Positions 34,796 through 45,800 of a stretch of DNA of 64,000 nt are shown here, piece after piece. The notes beneath the pieces were generated by a model. The model saw nothing but the letters and a program-made list of their open reading frames with translations, had not been told where the DNA came from and did no database searches. This stretch comes from Caecitellus pseudoparvulus (taxonomy: Eukaryota > Protista > Bigyra: Bicosoecida): positions 62,001 through 126,000 of the forward strand of contig CBFFRQ010000067.1 in NCBI GenBank assembly GCA_965644315.1. Reading direction: 5' to 3'. The translations under genes and the position numbers were made by a program. Positions within the stretch are counted from its first letter, which is position 1; each line of letters begins with the position of its first letter.

Positions 34796-34861
34796 GTCAC
34801 GCCTGCCAGCCGCTCCCAATGCATGCATTGCCGCTGCACAAACACACATGTCCACCCCCCC

Positions 34862-37523
34862 TCACTGCACTTGAGTCCAATCAGGAGGCACGTGAAAGGC
34901 GAGGCATGCGGCAGGCAGCCACACGGGCTCCGTGACGTCGTCAAATGCGACCTGCACGGCAGGAGGCACCTTGGACACCGCCACAGGGCCGCTGTCCACC
35001 ACCGTGCCCACTTTCTCCACCAACACGCCCAGACTCTCCTCATCAGGGGCAGCGGCCTCCGCCAACGTGGGCGAGAACGCCAGCGGAATGCTGGGGCCGA
35101 AACCAGACACGGCGCCATGTGCCCCGTAATGCGCTGCGGGGTTCCGCAGGGGGCCATCCGGCGACGCCACAGTCAGCGGAGCGTACTGCCCGTCCACATC
35201 CCCCTGAGGCTGCACGGCGCTGCCTGGCACGCCGGGGGCAGTGGCGTCCACTGTCAGGCGGCCAGAGGGTGTGCCGAACGCACGCAGCAGCGCCGCGGCG
35301 CGTTTCACGTTCGGCATCAGACGCACGCGTGTGCCACGGTTGAAACGCAGCACGGCGACGTCCTGGAACCCCCCCGCGCCAAAACGCAGCAAGGTGTCGC
35401 AGGCGGTCTTGTCACAGTCCCAGTGCACACGGATGTGCCCGATGTTGTCCTCGTGCTGCGTTGCACCAAAGACGTGCGTCACTACGCCGTAGCCACCCAG
35501 ACCCCCGTCAATGTCGCCGTACTCCCAATCTGCACAGCGCCGCACAACCCGGTCGCCAATGCCGATGTTGCCCAGCACCGCAACGCACGGCCGGCACAAG
35601 TGGAAGAAACGCTCCGTGTCCGCGATCTTCTTGAGGGAGCGGAAGTGGTCCACCGAGAAGCCGGAGAAGGCCAGGGAGCAGTGGGCCGTCGCGTCACACT
35701 TCCACGCGACGCGGCTGGCACAGGGGCCCAGTAATTCCGCAGTGTGCTGGGAAGAGTACACTGGGATCTGCAGCTCCTTGGTGCTGGCGCCCAGGGTCGC
35801 GAAGTTGGGGGCCCACACAGACACCCACTGTTCTGTTCCGATCAGCTCCCCGCCCAGCGTCAGCAGCAGTCCGCACAACTCCGCGATGAGTCCCGCGTGC
35901 ACTTCGGCCCACTGCGGGTCAGCGTACTCTGACTCCTCCAGCGCAGCCACACGCGCCGCCACATCCGCCTCACTGCCCTCAACCTCCCCCCCCTCCACTG
36001 CCTCCTTAATTGCCTCACGCAGTGGCGGCCCCCCCGCATGCAGTGCGGCTTGGATGGATAGCGGCAGGCGCGCCTCCGCATCCTGCGGTTCACCGGCCTC
36101 CTCCGTCACCCCCCCCACCGCATCTTGCAGCAGACGCACGTGCACCATCCAAGCCTCGCGCCGGTACAGCTCCCAATCCGGAAACGACACGCCTTCCTTG
36201 AACAGCCTGTGCAGCGAGAGAGAGGGGGAGGGGTGAGGGGAGTGAGCTGCGTGGGGGGGTGCATGACCGCTTCAACGCACTGCACGAGTGACTCCAGGCA
36301 CTTGAGCGCATCATCCAGAGTGCGTGCCTTGTAGGTACTCTTCAGCCACGCTGCTCGGCGGGGTGCGTGCACAGTGGGGGCCCCGCTGGCACTGGCAGGG
36401 GGCGCAGGAGCTCGGAGCGGTGACCCCCGCGACGCCAGGCGAGGTGGGCCTGCATCATTCCGCAGTCCCTGGTCGCTGCCACCGATCTCCGTCTCGCCCA
36501 GCATGACTTCCAACTGCCGCAGCGCTTTCAAGGCCTTCTGCAGCTGGGCGTGGCGGTTTGGGGCGACGAACGGGAAGGGGACGCCGCCTGCGAAAATTGA
36601 GGGGGCCGCCACTATGCAGTGCAGCTCACCAGTCCCTCACGCGGCTTGGCGGGGAGACTCACCCACGAGGTTCAGCAGAGCGTGTCGCCACACAGGGCGG
36701 TCTTCGAAATCCCACTCGAGAACGTAATACGGTGTGGAAAACGCCGCTGGCAGGCCCAGCAACCACGTTGCCAAGCGACGCAGAACAAGGGGCGACCCCG
36801 GCTCTGTTCCGGGTGGCACATCCAGCGGGTCGAAGCGAGCCCACTGCACCCGCAGACATGCCTGCCACATAAGGGTGGTGCTGCCGCGTTCAAAGCCCCC
36901 CTCAAGTGACGTGATGAGCGCTTTGAACACGTCAGGCGACTGTGCAGCCGCAACACTGGCGTGCCAGCGCTTGCGGTGGTACTCGTCATGGTTCTGCGCA
37001 GGGGCAGCTGGTGAGGTGGCGGGGTGGTTTGCGGGTTTGCAGGCGGGTTCGCGGGACGCACCCCCGACCCCACCCACTTGGCATCCTGTGCCCGAGACTT
37101 GAGGGACCGCTCAAAGAGACGCAGACAGGCACGCAGAAGCATGATGTCCCGCTGGACGGTGGGGCGGCTGTGCACGCTGAGCACGTTGGTGGCGTGCCCC
37201 TCCACCCTGGCGGCGTACGTGTGCACGGCGCCATAATCCCACAGCACCACCACCGTGCCGTTCTCTGGGCGCACCATCACGACAGTGCCGCAACCACCCC
37301 CATCCTCGTTATCTGCATGGAACCCCAGCGCGCCAAACAGGCGTCTGTCGTCCCACTTCGGGCCTGCGTGCAGAGACCGCGGCGTGCCGTGTCGCGCTGT
37401 GTGCGGGGCGTGCCAACCACGAAACGCGCCTGGTGAAACGCTGACGCCTTCCTCCAGCTGGACTGCCGCATCGGCAGGGGGAGGAACAGGGGGAGACGCT
37501 GCATCTGGAGACAGTGCAGCCAT
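34862..37523 (-). CDS. MIB/HERC2-domain protein with repeated W-x-R-x-x-W helical (WHIM-like) segments, about 5 exons
   Basis: IGDRVVRRCADWEYGDIDGGLGGYGVV..IRVHWD..RFGAGGFQDV is a Mib_herc2 pattern, and there is a second N-terminal copy (VSPGPKWDD..DGGGCGTV..VVVLWDYG). Four ORF pieces are linked by plausible introns. Confidence 0.65.
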
Positions 37524-38061
37524 CCTGGAGTGTGCTGTGCCCGCTCACGCAACGGCGTCGAAAAGAGGGGCTCCGAGGTTTCGCCCGCGTTTCGCTGCCT
37601 TGTCGCAGACAGCGACGACCCCTGCTCAGAGCTCAAGATGAGGCAGGTAGAGACGCTCAGCTGCGAATCGCGGATTGCAGCCTGCTGCAAAAACGGTGGA
37701 TTGTTTGTATGGCGCAAGTGCATGTGTCAAAGTGATACAAGAGAGGATGGAAAAGCGAGACTGCGAATTCAACGTGACACCTGCTGCCTAGAAAGCGAGC
37801 CACCCTGAGGATGGCCCACTGCCCAGTCCGTCATATGCTTGCACACGCAAGCCACAAAACAAAGCCCACGGAGAGGATCTTGTGCCACTCCGGAAATCTC
37901 TGTTTGTCTGCGTCCAGTCACCATCCAGTGTGCGCTGTGCGCCGCAGAGCTCGCAGTTTCAGGAGCGTTTCGTGCGACAAGGCACATCCGCCGCGCGACC
38001 GCGCCACGCACCGCGGAGCAGAGCAGACGAATCAAGCTCCGGATTGCGGCTGCTGCATCAC

Positions 38062-41000
38062 ATGTAAGTGTCGCTGCCACTGCGCCTGTAATCCCGTCGC
38101 TCCGCCCAGCATCAGCTGTGGCAGGTGCCGAAGCTCCAGGTTCGGCACGGGTTGCACCCCTGAACTGCACAGGGATCCACATGTGCGAGTGGTGGTGCGA
38201 GTGCGACCATGTCTGAAGCACGAGGCCGGTGCACGGGAGTGCGTGTTTGTGGGAGACGACCACAAGACGCTGGAGGTGAGTGTGCCTTGCTGCGGTGCGG
38301 AAACTGCACAGCCGACACGTCCGACGGCCCGGCGCTCCCGCGGCAGGTGGTGCTGCACGACCACGGTAACAAGAACACAGAGCGACACTTCAAGTACGCC
38401 GCATCGTTAGGGCCGACCGTTGACCAGGGTGCGTGGAGGAGCACGGCCCAGTGCGCCTGCCCTTGCTGCGTTTCGCGGCAACCGACGTCGCTGTGCGGCA
38501 GCCAGCAAGGCACGCTGCCGCTCCCCCCCCCCGCGCCGCACAGAGGAGTTCTTTCACAAAAGCGGCGTGCCCCTGCTTCTGGAGTCAGCCATGCGAGGGT
38601 ACAGCTGCACTGTCTTTGCGTACGGCCAGACGGGGAGCGGGAAGACGTACACCCTCAGCGGCACTGCTGAGCAGGCGGAGTCTGCGCCCGCAACTGAGGA
38701 GGGAATCACGAAACGCGCCCTGCGGCAGCTGTTCCGTCTGGCGGAGCAGCACCGCGCCGAAACAGGCGCCAAAGTGGAACTGAAGGCGTCCTACTGCGAG
38801 GTGAGTGGGCGCAGGCGGCGGCGGCGGGTTGCGGAATTCGCACCCACCGCACACCACCTGCACTGCGCAGGTGTACAACGAGCTGGTGTTTGACTTGCTT
38901 GCCGAGGCAGACACCAGTGAAGACATCGGTGCCACCACTTCCAGTCTGTCGGTGAGGGGGGGTGCGAGAGGGTTTTTCGTAGACGGCTGCACAGAAGTGA
39001 CGTGTGACTCCCTGGATACTGCGTTGGCGGTGCTGGACAAGGGCCACACGACCCGCCGCGTGCGGGGCCACGCCCTGAACGAACACTCCTCCCGCAGTCA
39101 CTCGTTGTTCTCAGTGGAAGTCGCGATCTCAGGTGGCACGGCAGGCACCCCCGCCCACTCCACTGCCCGGCGCAAGTCATGGGTGCCGTCCACTGTGCGA
39201 ACAGGCAAGGTGGTGTTCGTGGACCTTGCGGGCTCTGAGCGGTTGAAACGCAGCGGGGCGGCAGGTGCGGGCCGCAAAGAGACCGGCGCCATCAACAAGT
39301 CACTCTTCGCGTTGGCGAAAGTAATTTCCGCAGTGGCGGCACTGCAGCAGGGCAAAGCGGGGGGGGAGGAGGGGGGGGGCGCCGGCTCACGGCACTCGCG
39401 ACGAGTCAGCGATGCCTCCGAGCGTTTCTCCAGCATCCCCGCAGACAAAGTCCGCCGACGCAGCATCGCTGGGCCAGCGGCTGCAGCGGCCAGGGCGGCA
39501 GACAGCTCCCACGGCCCCAGCCGAACACCCGATTCGTCATCGCGCCCTCGCTCGGAACAAGGCAAGGCTTCCAAGCCCTACATCCCCTACCGTGACTCCA
39601 CCCTCACGAAGCTGCTCATGAACTCCCTGGGGGGTGACTCACGCACGATCATGATCGCATGTGTCTCCCCCGCCCACGTGCACTTGGAAGAAAGCCTGAA
39701 CACCCTCGCGTACGCGACGCGTGCCGGCAAAATCCGCAATTCCGCAGTGGTCCACACGAACAAGGGCGCTCGGGCCAACGCCCTCATCACCAGCCTGCAA
39801 GCGGAAATTGACGCGTTGAAGGCGGAAAACGCCTCCCTCCGCACCCTGGGCGCCGCTGGGCGGCAGCTGTCTGTGCACAGTATGGGTGGCGGTGGCCGTA
39901 TGGCCTCCATCCCCTCCCAGGGCAGCTTCGCGTCAGACGTCCGGCGCAGCGGGGAGGGGCTGCCGGTGGTGCCTGACGTGTCTGAGGGGGTCATCTCATC
40001 CTCTGCGCGACAGGGGGGGGGGACACCGCCCCCCCCCGACACTGCTCTGGACCTGTCCACGGCGGAACAGGCTTGGGAGTCAGGGCCACCCGGAACAGGG
40101 TTCCAGCCCCCTTCCCCGGAACAGGGCCAAGGCGGAACACAGCGCGGCGCTAGCGGCCGTTCCGCTCTAGGTCGGGCGGGGGCCGCGGCATTGGGGGGTG
40201 CGGGGGGGGGTATTGGCGTGCGCAAGCCCCCCCCTCGTCGCGGCACCTCCGCTGTGCAAGGGCTGGGCTCCCGCCAGCGACATGGGTTGGGGGGTGACTC
40301 CGGGCGAGGGGCCCCCTCGTCCGCCCCGGGGGGGGGGTCCACCGCGGGGCGGGGTCCAGGCTCCTCCCCCGTCAGTGTGCAGTACAGGGGGTTCGTGGCG
40401 CTGGGGGGGCCAGCTGCGGCAGGTGCGGCGACATCCACCCCCCCTCCTGCGTCATCCAGAGGGGGGGTGCAGCCCCCCTCCACAGTGCTCATTCCACCCG
40501 GTCTGGAAATCGTCAGCGGGGGGGGTCATGCCACCAGCACCCCCCCTGCCCCCACCACCAGCACCACCCCTAAAGCGAGAGGCAGTGCCTCAGCGGCCCT
40601 GAAACGATCGACCTCAGATCGGGGTCGAGGTCGTGGGCGCCGCCGCGGCACCTCCTCCTCCAGCGGCTACGCTGCGAAGGGCGCCGCAGGGGGGGGAGGG
40701 GGGGGCTCCAAGCTCCCGGACCCCACCCCCATGTCCAGCCCAAGTCCATCAGCGGGGCGGGGTCGTGCCTCACCCTCCCCCTCCCCCTCCTCCAGCCAGG
40801 CACGGCCATCCCACGGCCGCCGCAGCGACGCCAGCCGCCTGAGCTCAGCCAGCGCCTTCTCGCCAGATGCACTCTCACCCGCCGCTGGAGGGGGAGGTGC
40901 CAGGCGGCGCAAGGCATCACAAGGCGACAGTGCAGCGGAGGAGGGGGGGCGGTTGCCTTCACCCGACCCCAACCTCACCCCCGCCACGCTTGACTCGCTG

Positions 41001-42671
41001 ATCGAGGAGGAGATGGCGGCGATGGAGTCACTGAGTCGGGAGGCGGCTGCGGAAATTGAAGAGTACAAGGCCGCCATGGCCGAAGCCACCGCTGAACGGG
41101 AGCGCCTGCGCGCGGAAAACGCCAAGCTGCGGCGTGTCGCAGCGCGAGCGCGATCCATCGCACACAGGGCCAAGGGCACCCGGTTGCCCAAGAAACGCCC
41201 AGACAGTTCCCCGCCAGAGGACCCACCAGGAGCGGAGGCATCCCCCCCCTCAGAGTCTGCCCGCACAGCCCCCCCCCTGCGAACCAGCTTCACGCCTGGC
41301 TCAGCCTCAGGCAGTGTGCGGAGTGGGCTGTACGACCACCCCCCCGCGTCCGCTGGGCCCATGCTGGGGGGGGGTCTGGGCCCATCCCCTGCCCCCGACT
41401 TCGTCGCGTTCCACCACCCCGTGGGGGAGGGGCCCTTCCCCCCGTGGATGGGGGGGGGGCTGGGGGGTCACTCTGCCCCCCTCATGGGGCACATGGGTGG
41501 ACCCCCCCTCCCCCACGGCGGCATGCCTCTGTCCCCTGAGCAGCTGGGGGGCATGGGTGGACCCCGCCCCTTCAGCCACGGCATGCCGCATCCACACACC
41601 GCCCCTCTGGGCATGGGCCCACCCTCCGCCGGCATGCCCCTACCACACTCCCCCTTCCTGCCCCCTGCCTCGGGGCATGGGCCCATGTTCTCCGCAGGCA
41701 TGGTGGGTTCGCCCCACCTGACCATGGCGACAGCCCCCCTGCACACCCCTGGAGCCCCCCCCCTGGGCATGCCAGCGCCCCTCCCCTCCGCCAGCCCGCA
41801 CACAGATGGAGCAGTGTTTGATTTCAGAGCCCCCCCCCCTGCACACTTCCACCACCCCCCCCACCAGCAGCAGCAGCAGCATCCCCCTCACGGCATGCAT
41901 GCCGTGTACGGGCACCCCGGAACACCGCAGCAGCCGCCGGTGCCAACAGGAACACCCACGCCTCCCGGGCCTGTTCCGACGCCCCTCCCACGTGAAGTGG
42001 GCATTGTACCGGGGGGGGGGTCCAGCCCCCCCTCCGGCCCCCCTTCCGTCTCCTCAGCTGCCGGGCTGGGGGTGGGCATGGTGCAAGGGGGCGGAGGTGG
42101 CGCCACCACCCCCTCTGGACCCACAGGAGGGGGGGGCACTGCCGAGTGGCCTGCTGGGTCACCTGACAGCCGTGCGAGTGTTCTCGAAGAACACAACGAA
42201 GCGCTGCAGCGGAAATTGGACGCGATGGCCCGGCGTGAAATGCGGCTTCTGGCCCGGGTGGATGCCGTAGAACGCAGCATGGAGGCGGCGGCAGTGGGAG
42301 GCCCCGAACGCAGCGGCAGGGGGGGTGCCCGTGCACTCCCGCCCCGCCCCGAGCCAGACCCTGCCCACGCCATCTCTGACGAAGGGACGCCGGCGGCGAC
42401 ACAGGCGGGGCTCACCTCCCCCACGCGCCTGGTGCATGGACACAGCTTCGCGTCCATGCCGGAGGTGTCCGACATCACGCCCGCATCACGACATGGCCGG
42501 CCCAGCTCCGGGCATGGCTGGGGCAGTCCGCCGGCTGCCGCATCCCCCACCGTGGCAGGGACCGGCGCCGCAGCAGGACAAGACTCGGATGACAGTGAAG
42601 AAGAGCAGAAAACTGTCGCTCTGTCCAGTGGGCGTGACCCGTCGGTGGCCCGTCCGCGGCGACACAAGTAG
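38062..42671 (+). CDS. KIF12: N-terminal-motor kinesin, KIF12/kinesin-16-like, with a long Gly/Pro-rich tail
   Basis: VRVVVRVRP, FAYGQTGSGKTYT, EVYNELVFDLL, HALNEHSSRSHSLF, GKVVFVDLAGSERLK, INKSLFALAKVI, YIPYRDSTLTKLL..SLGG..IACVSP..LAYATRA. Introns lie near 38064-38172, 38276-38346, 38429-38543 and 38801-38870. The subfamily call is less certain than the kinesin call. Confidence 0.85.
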
Positions 42672-42850
42672 TCAACAGTGCCGCTGGCGAGCTGTGCGTC
42701 TCAGAACCGCAGCTGCCCACGCAAACTGCGCGGAGGATTTAAGACAGACGGCTTGAACAAATGCAGTGCTTCTGTAGCAGCTTGCTTGTGTGTGCTGTGC
42801 CCCGGGACTATGGAAAGCTGAGAAAGGCGCGGCGTGACGCTATTGGTTTG

Positions 42851-45800
42851 CGCTCCTGCAGCTCTTGACAGGCGCTGCACTGTCGGGCTCCGAGGCAAAG
42901 GAAGTAGTGGGCTGCAGGTAGACTGCTTTCAGGCACATCAGATATCGCTCATCTACTCGAGTGATGGAGCTGTGCGCAGAGGAGGATGGCACGCAAGCAT
43001 GTCGCCTGCTCGATGCAGGCGAACAGCTCGCGAAACACAGCGTGTGGCGTCTCATGCACATGTTCGCCCCAATCCAGCACTGATGCTCGCTGCATGCATT
43101 TCTGTGGAGATACGACCGAGCTCCATTGTTGCTGTCCGTTGTCTTCCGGCTCTGTAGGTGGCCCAGCCCGAAGTGTGCACAACTCGTGGAGCACACATCA
43201 AGATACAACCTCAACACAGCGGCGCCGTCCCTGCGAGGAATTCCACCAGCCCCCTTCGCACCGAGACACTGCGTGACCAGTTCCAGTCACTTCACTTCAG
43301 CGGATCCAGTAGCTGTGGCATCTTCTTGTCGAGTGACCGCATCTCGGGAGGCAGGAGTCCCGTTCCAAACACGCCAAAGCAGCCGGGAACGTCAACTTGC
43401 TCTGGTTTCAGGCGAAAGTGATGCTTTTCATGACACGAGTAGTGAACGAAGAAGAGCTCAACGTCGCCAACATCAGTGATGAGCTGTGTCAGGGGCAGGT
43501 CCGGTTCCACTCCTTCAGCTGCTCGCTGTGGCCTGAGCAGGCGCCAAGTGTCGGCGTGCACACGAGACCGCTGATCTGGATCCAGCAGTCTTGGTTCCAT
43601 GATGATCCTCTCGAACCTTTCCTCATCGTCGCATTTGACCCTACAGTTGAGGTCGATGGGCACACCGAAGGCCCACAGGATGGCATTCGCAAGTGTGGTT
43701 GTGTCCCTGCCGATGGTCGTCGAGTCCCGAATCGTCACTTCCTTGTCACCAAGCTCTGATGCGTAGTTCAGGGGGCAAGCAAGTGCAGTGATGCTGTGCA
43801 GATTCGTGGGAATGCCCCTGCTCCATGTTTCTGGGCATCCAGGCTCAACGTTGAGGTGTCTGGCGTCCCACGTGGGCTCTGGCGCCCGCTGGCGTGGCGG
43901 TGGTGGGAGGGGCAGCACGAACGCGACCTGCAGCTTCGCGGGGCACGCCTGGCTTTCTTCATCTTCAGGGCGCCTGAACACGAGGAAGTCCAGGCCTGGT
44001 ATGAGGTGCCTTGTGTTCACCCTGCATACCTCCCCAGGGTTCAGGTGCTGCACACCACCCACATAATCAGCTGATAGGCCCTTGCCCTGAAGTGCCTGTG
44101 GGGCGTAGTAACGCAGGGCAGGTTTGAGGCTTGACTTGTCCGAGTAGCTGCACAGGAGTTTGTTCGGCTCCCTGCTTGGCTTGGTTGACATGTGTGTGTA
44201 CTCCGAGCCGAACATGCCCAGCTCGACAAGCGCAGCTACCATGTCAAAGTGATCCGCCGAGTGATAATGAAGTCTAGGGATTTCCTTCAGGAGAAACTCC
44301 CAATTTTGGCGGCATTCCTCGTCAGCGTGATCGCCCGCGGCCTCACCGTGCCGTCTCGCGAGCGCCCTCACAAACGCTTGCGCTGCAATTTCGGACACAT
44401 ACCTATGCTTGCGTCCAACCTCGATTTGGTTGCGATCATCTCGAACGATCATGGAGGCAGCGGACATGCACCGTTGGAACACGTGTGAGGTGTATCCGCC
44501 CACCGGCAACAGTTTGACAGAAATGGAGCTGGAAAGCTCACGGAAGCACCGCTCTTCCATCTCGTCTCGAATGCCTCTCCACACGGACACGGCTCTGTAC
44601 GAGAAGGACACGTCGTCCACGAAGTCTTCATAGTCCATGCGACTGCTGGCTAGCTGTTGTCTGAGCTCCTTGCTCAGTCGGGGAGCTGCACTTCCCACAG
44701 ATTCAACATAGCTGCGGAACGTGTCCATGCTGGGGGACCAGTCCAGCTCTTTCAAAGCGAACGCTGGCAGCTGCAAGTCGCAGTCAACACCTGCTGGCAG
44801 GTCCGCTGCAGTTGCGATCTCCTGAGTGGGAGCTGAGGTATCGTCAGGCCCTTTCAGGCCCAGCATCAGTTTGCGTGCGAGTTTCGGACTGACGCCCTTC
44901 AGCTCAACGAAGGCGTTTTCTTTCTCCAAACCGAGTCGATGGCGCAGCATCTTTTGCACATAATAATTCTTCCGCCGGTCATGTATGGCAACGTGGAAGT
45001 CAGGGGCGTATGCGAAGACCCTGCTTGAGTTGACCCCACACCTGAACAGCCACCGGAGCAGTTTGCACCATTCCTGATGTTGCTTGGGTTCCTCTCGAAG
45101 AAGGGTCTGCACAACATCGGCATCGTCAATGATTAAGCCTGTGGGCAGAACGTCTGGACGGTGGAACCCCAAGTAGCTGACAAAGGAGGCTTGTCCGTCC
45201 ACGAACAAGCGGCTGAGAGCTCTGTGTGCGTCAGCGCCTTCCAGGTCGATGGACGCAATGTCGTGGCACACCTTGGGACTCCGCACGGCAGGCCCACAGG
45301 AGAGCGAGAAACCGCCGTGCATGAGTCTGTGCGGAAGGGCGGCGAAGTCAGGATCGGATGGCACAAGCACACTTGAGCGCGGCAAGTACATGACGTCGCC
45401 GCCAGCTCCGATACCGATGATCATCGCCAGAGTCTGGAGCAGTGCAGACTTGCCCACGCCGCGCGGACCAGTCAACATGGTGCCTTGTTCTTCGCTGAGG
45501 CAAGAACGTGCCACTTTGGTGAGCATGTCGGCCCGGTCTTGTGTGAGCACGAAGGTCATCACTCCCAACTCCTCGTGGTCACTGGGGTCATCCGGCATCG
45601 GGCAGAGACCGTACGTCGTTGGGCGCAGTCCTCGCACCGACAGGTCACCAAAGGGAAGGGAGGTCAGCAGAGGCTTGCCGCGAATGGGTGAAAAGAGGTC
45701 GGTGTTCCACGTGGGCAGCCGGAGCACGACGGCTTGTACCCGACCGTCAACATACACAGGGTAGCACCCTGTGCTCCATGCATGCTCTTGTTTGCCATCT

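Noticed and set aside
45100-45500. NTPase as mitochondrial ribosomal DAP3/mS29
   Set aside because: The Walker A context and leader are reminiscent of DAP3, but the 1280-aa length, tandem paralogy, hypervariable blocks and extra C-terminal domain do not fit a single-copy ribosomal protein. It is not fully excluded without a profile search.
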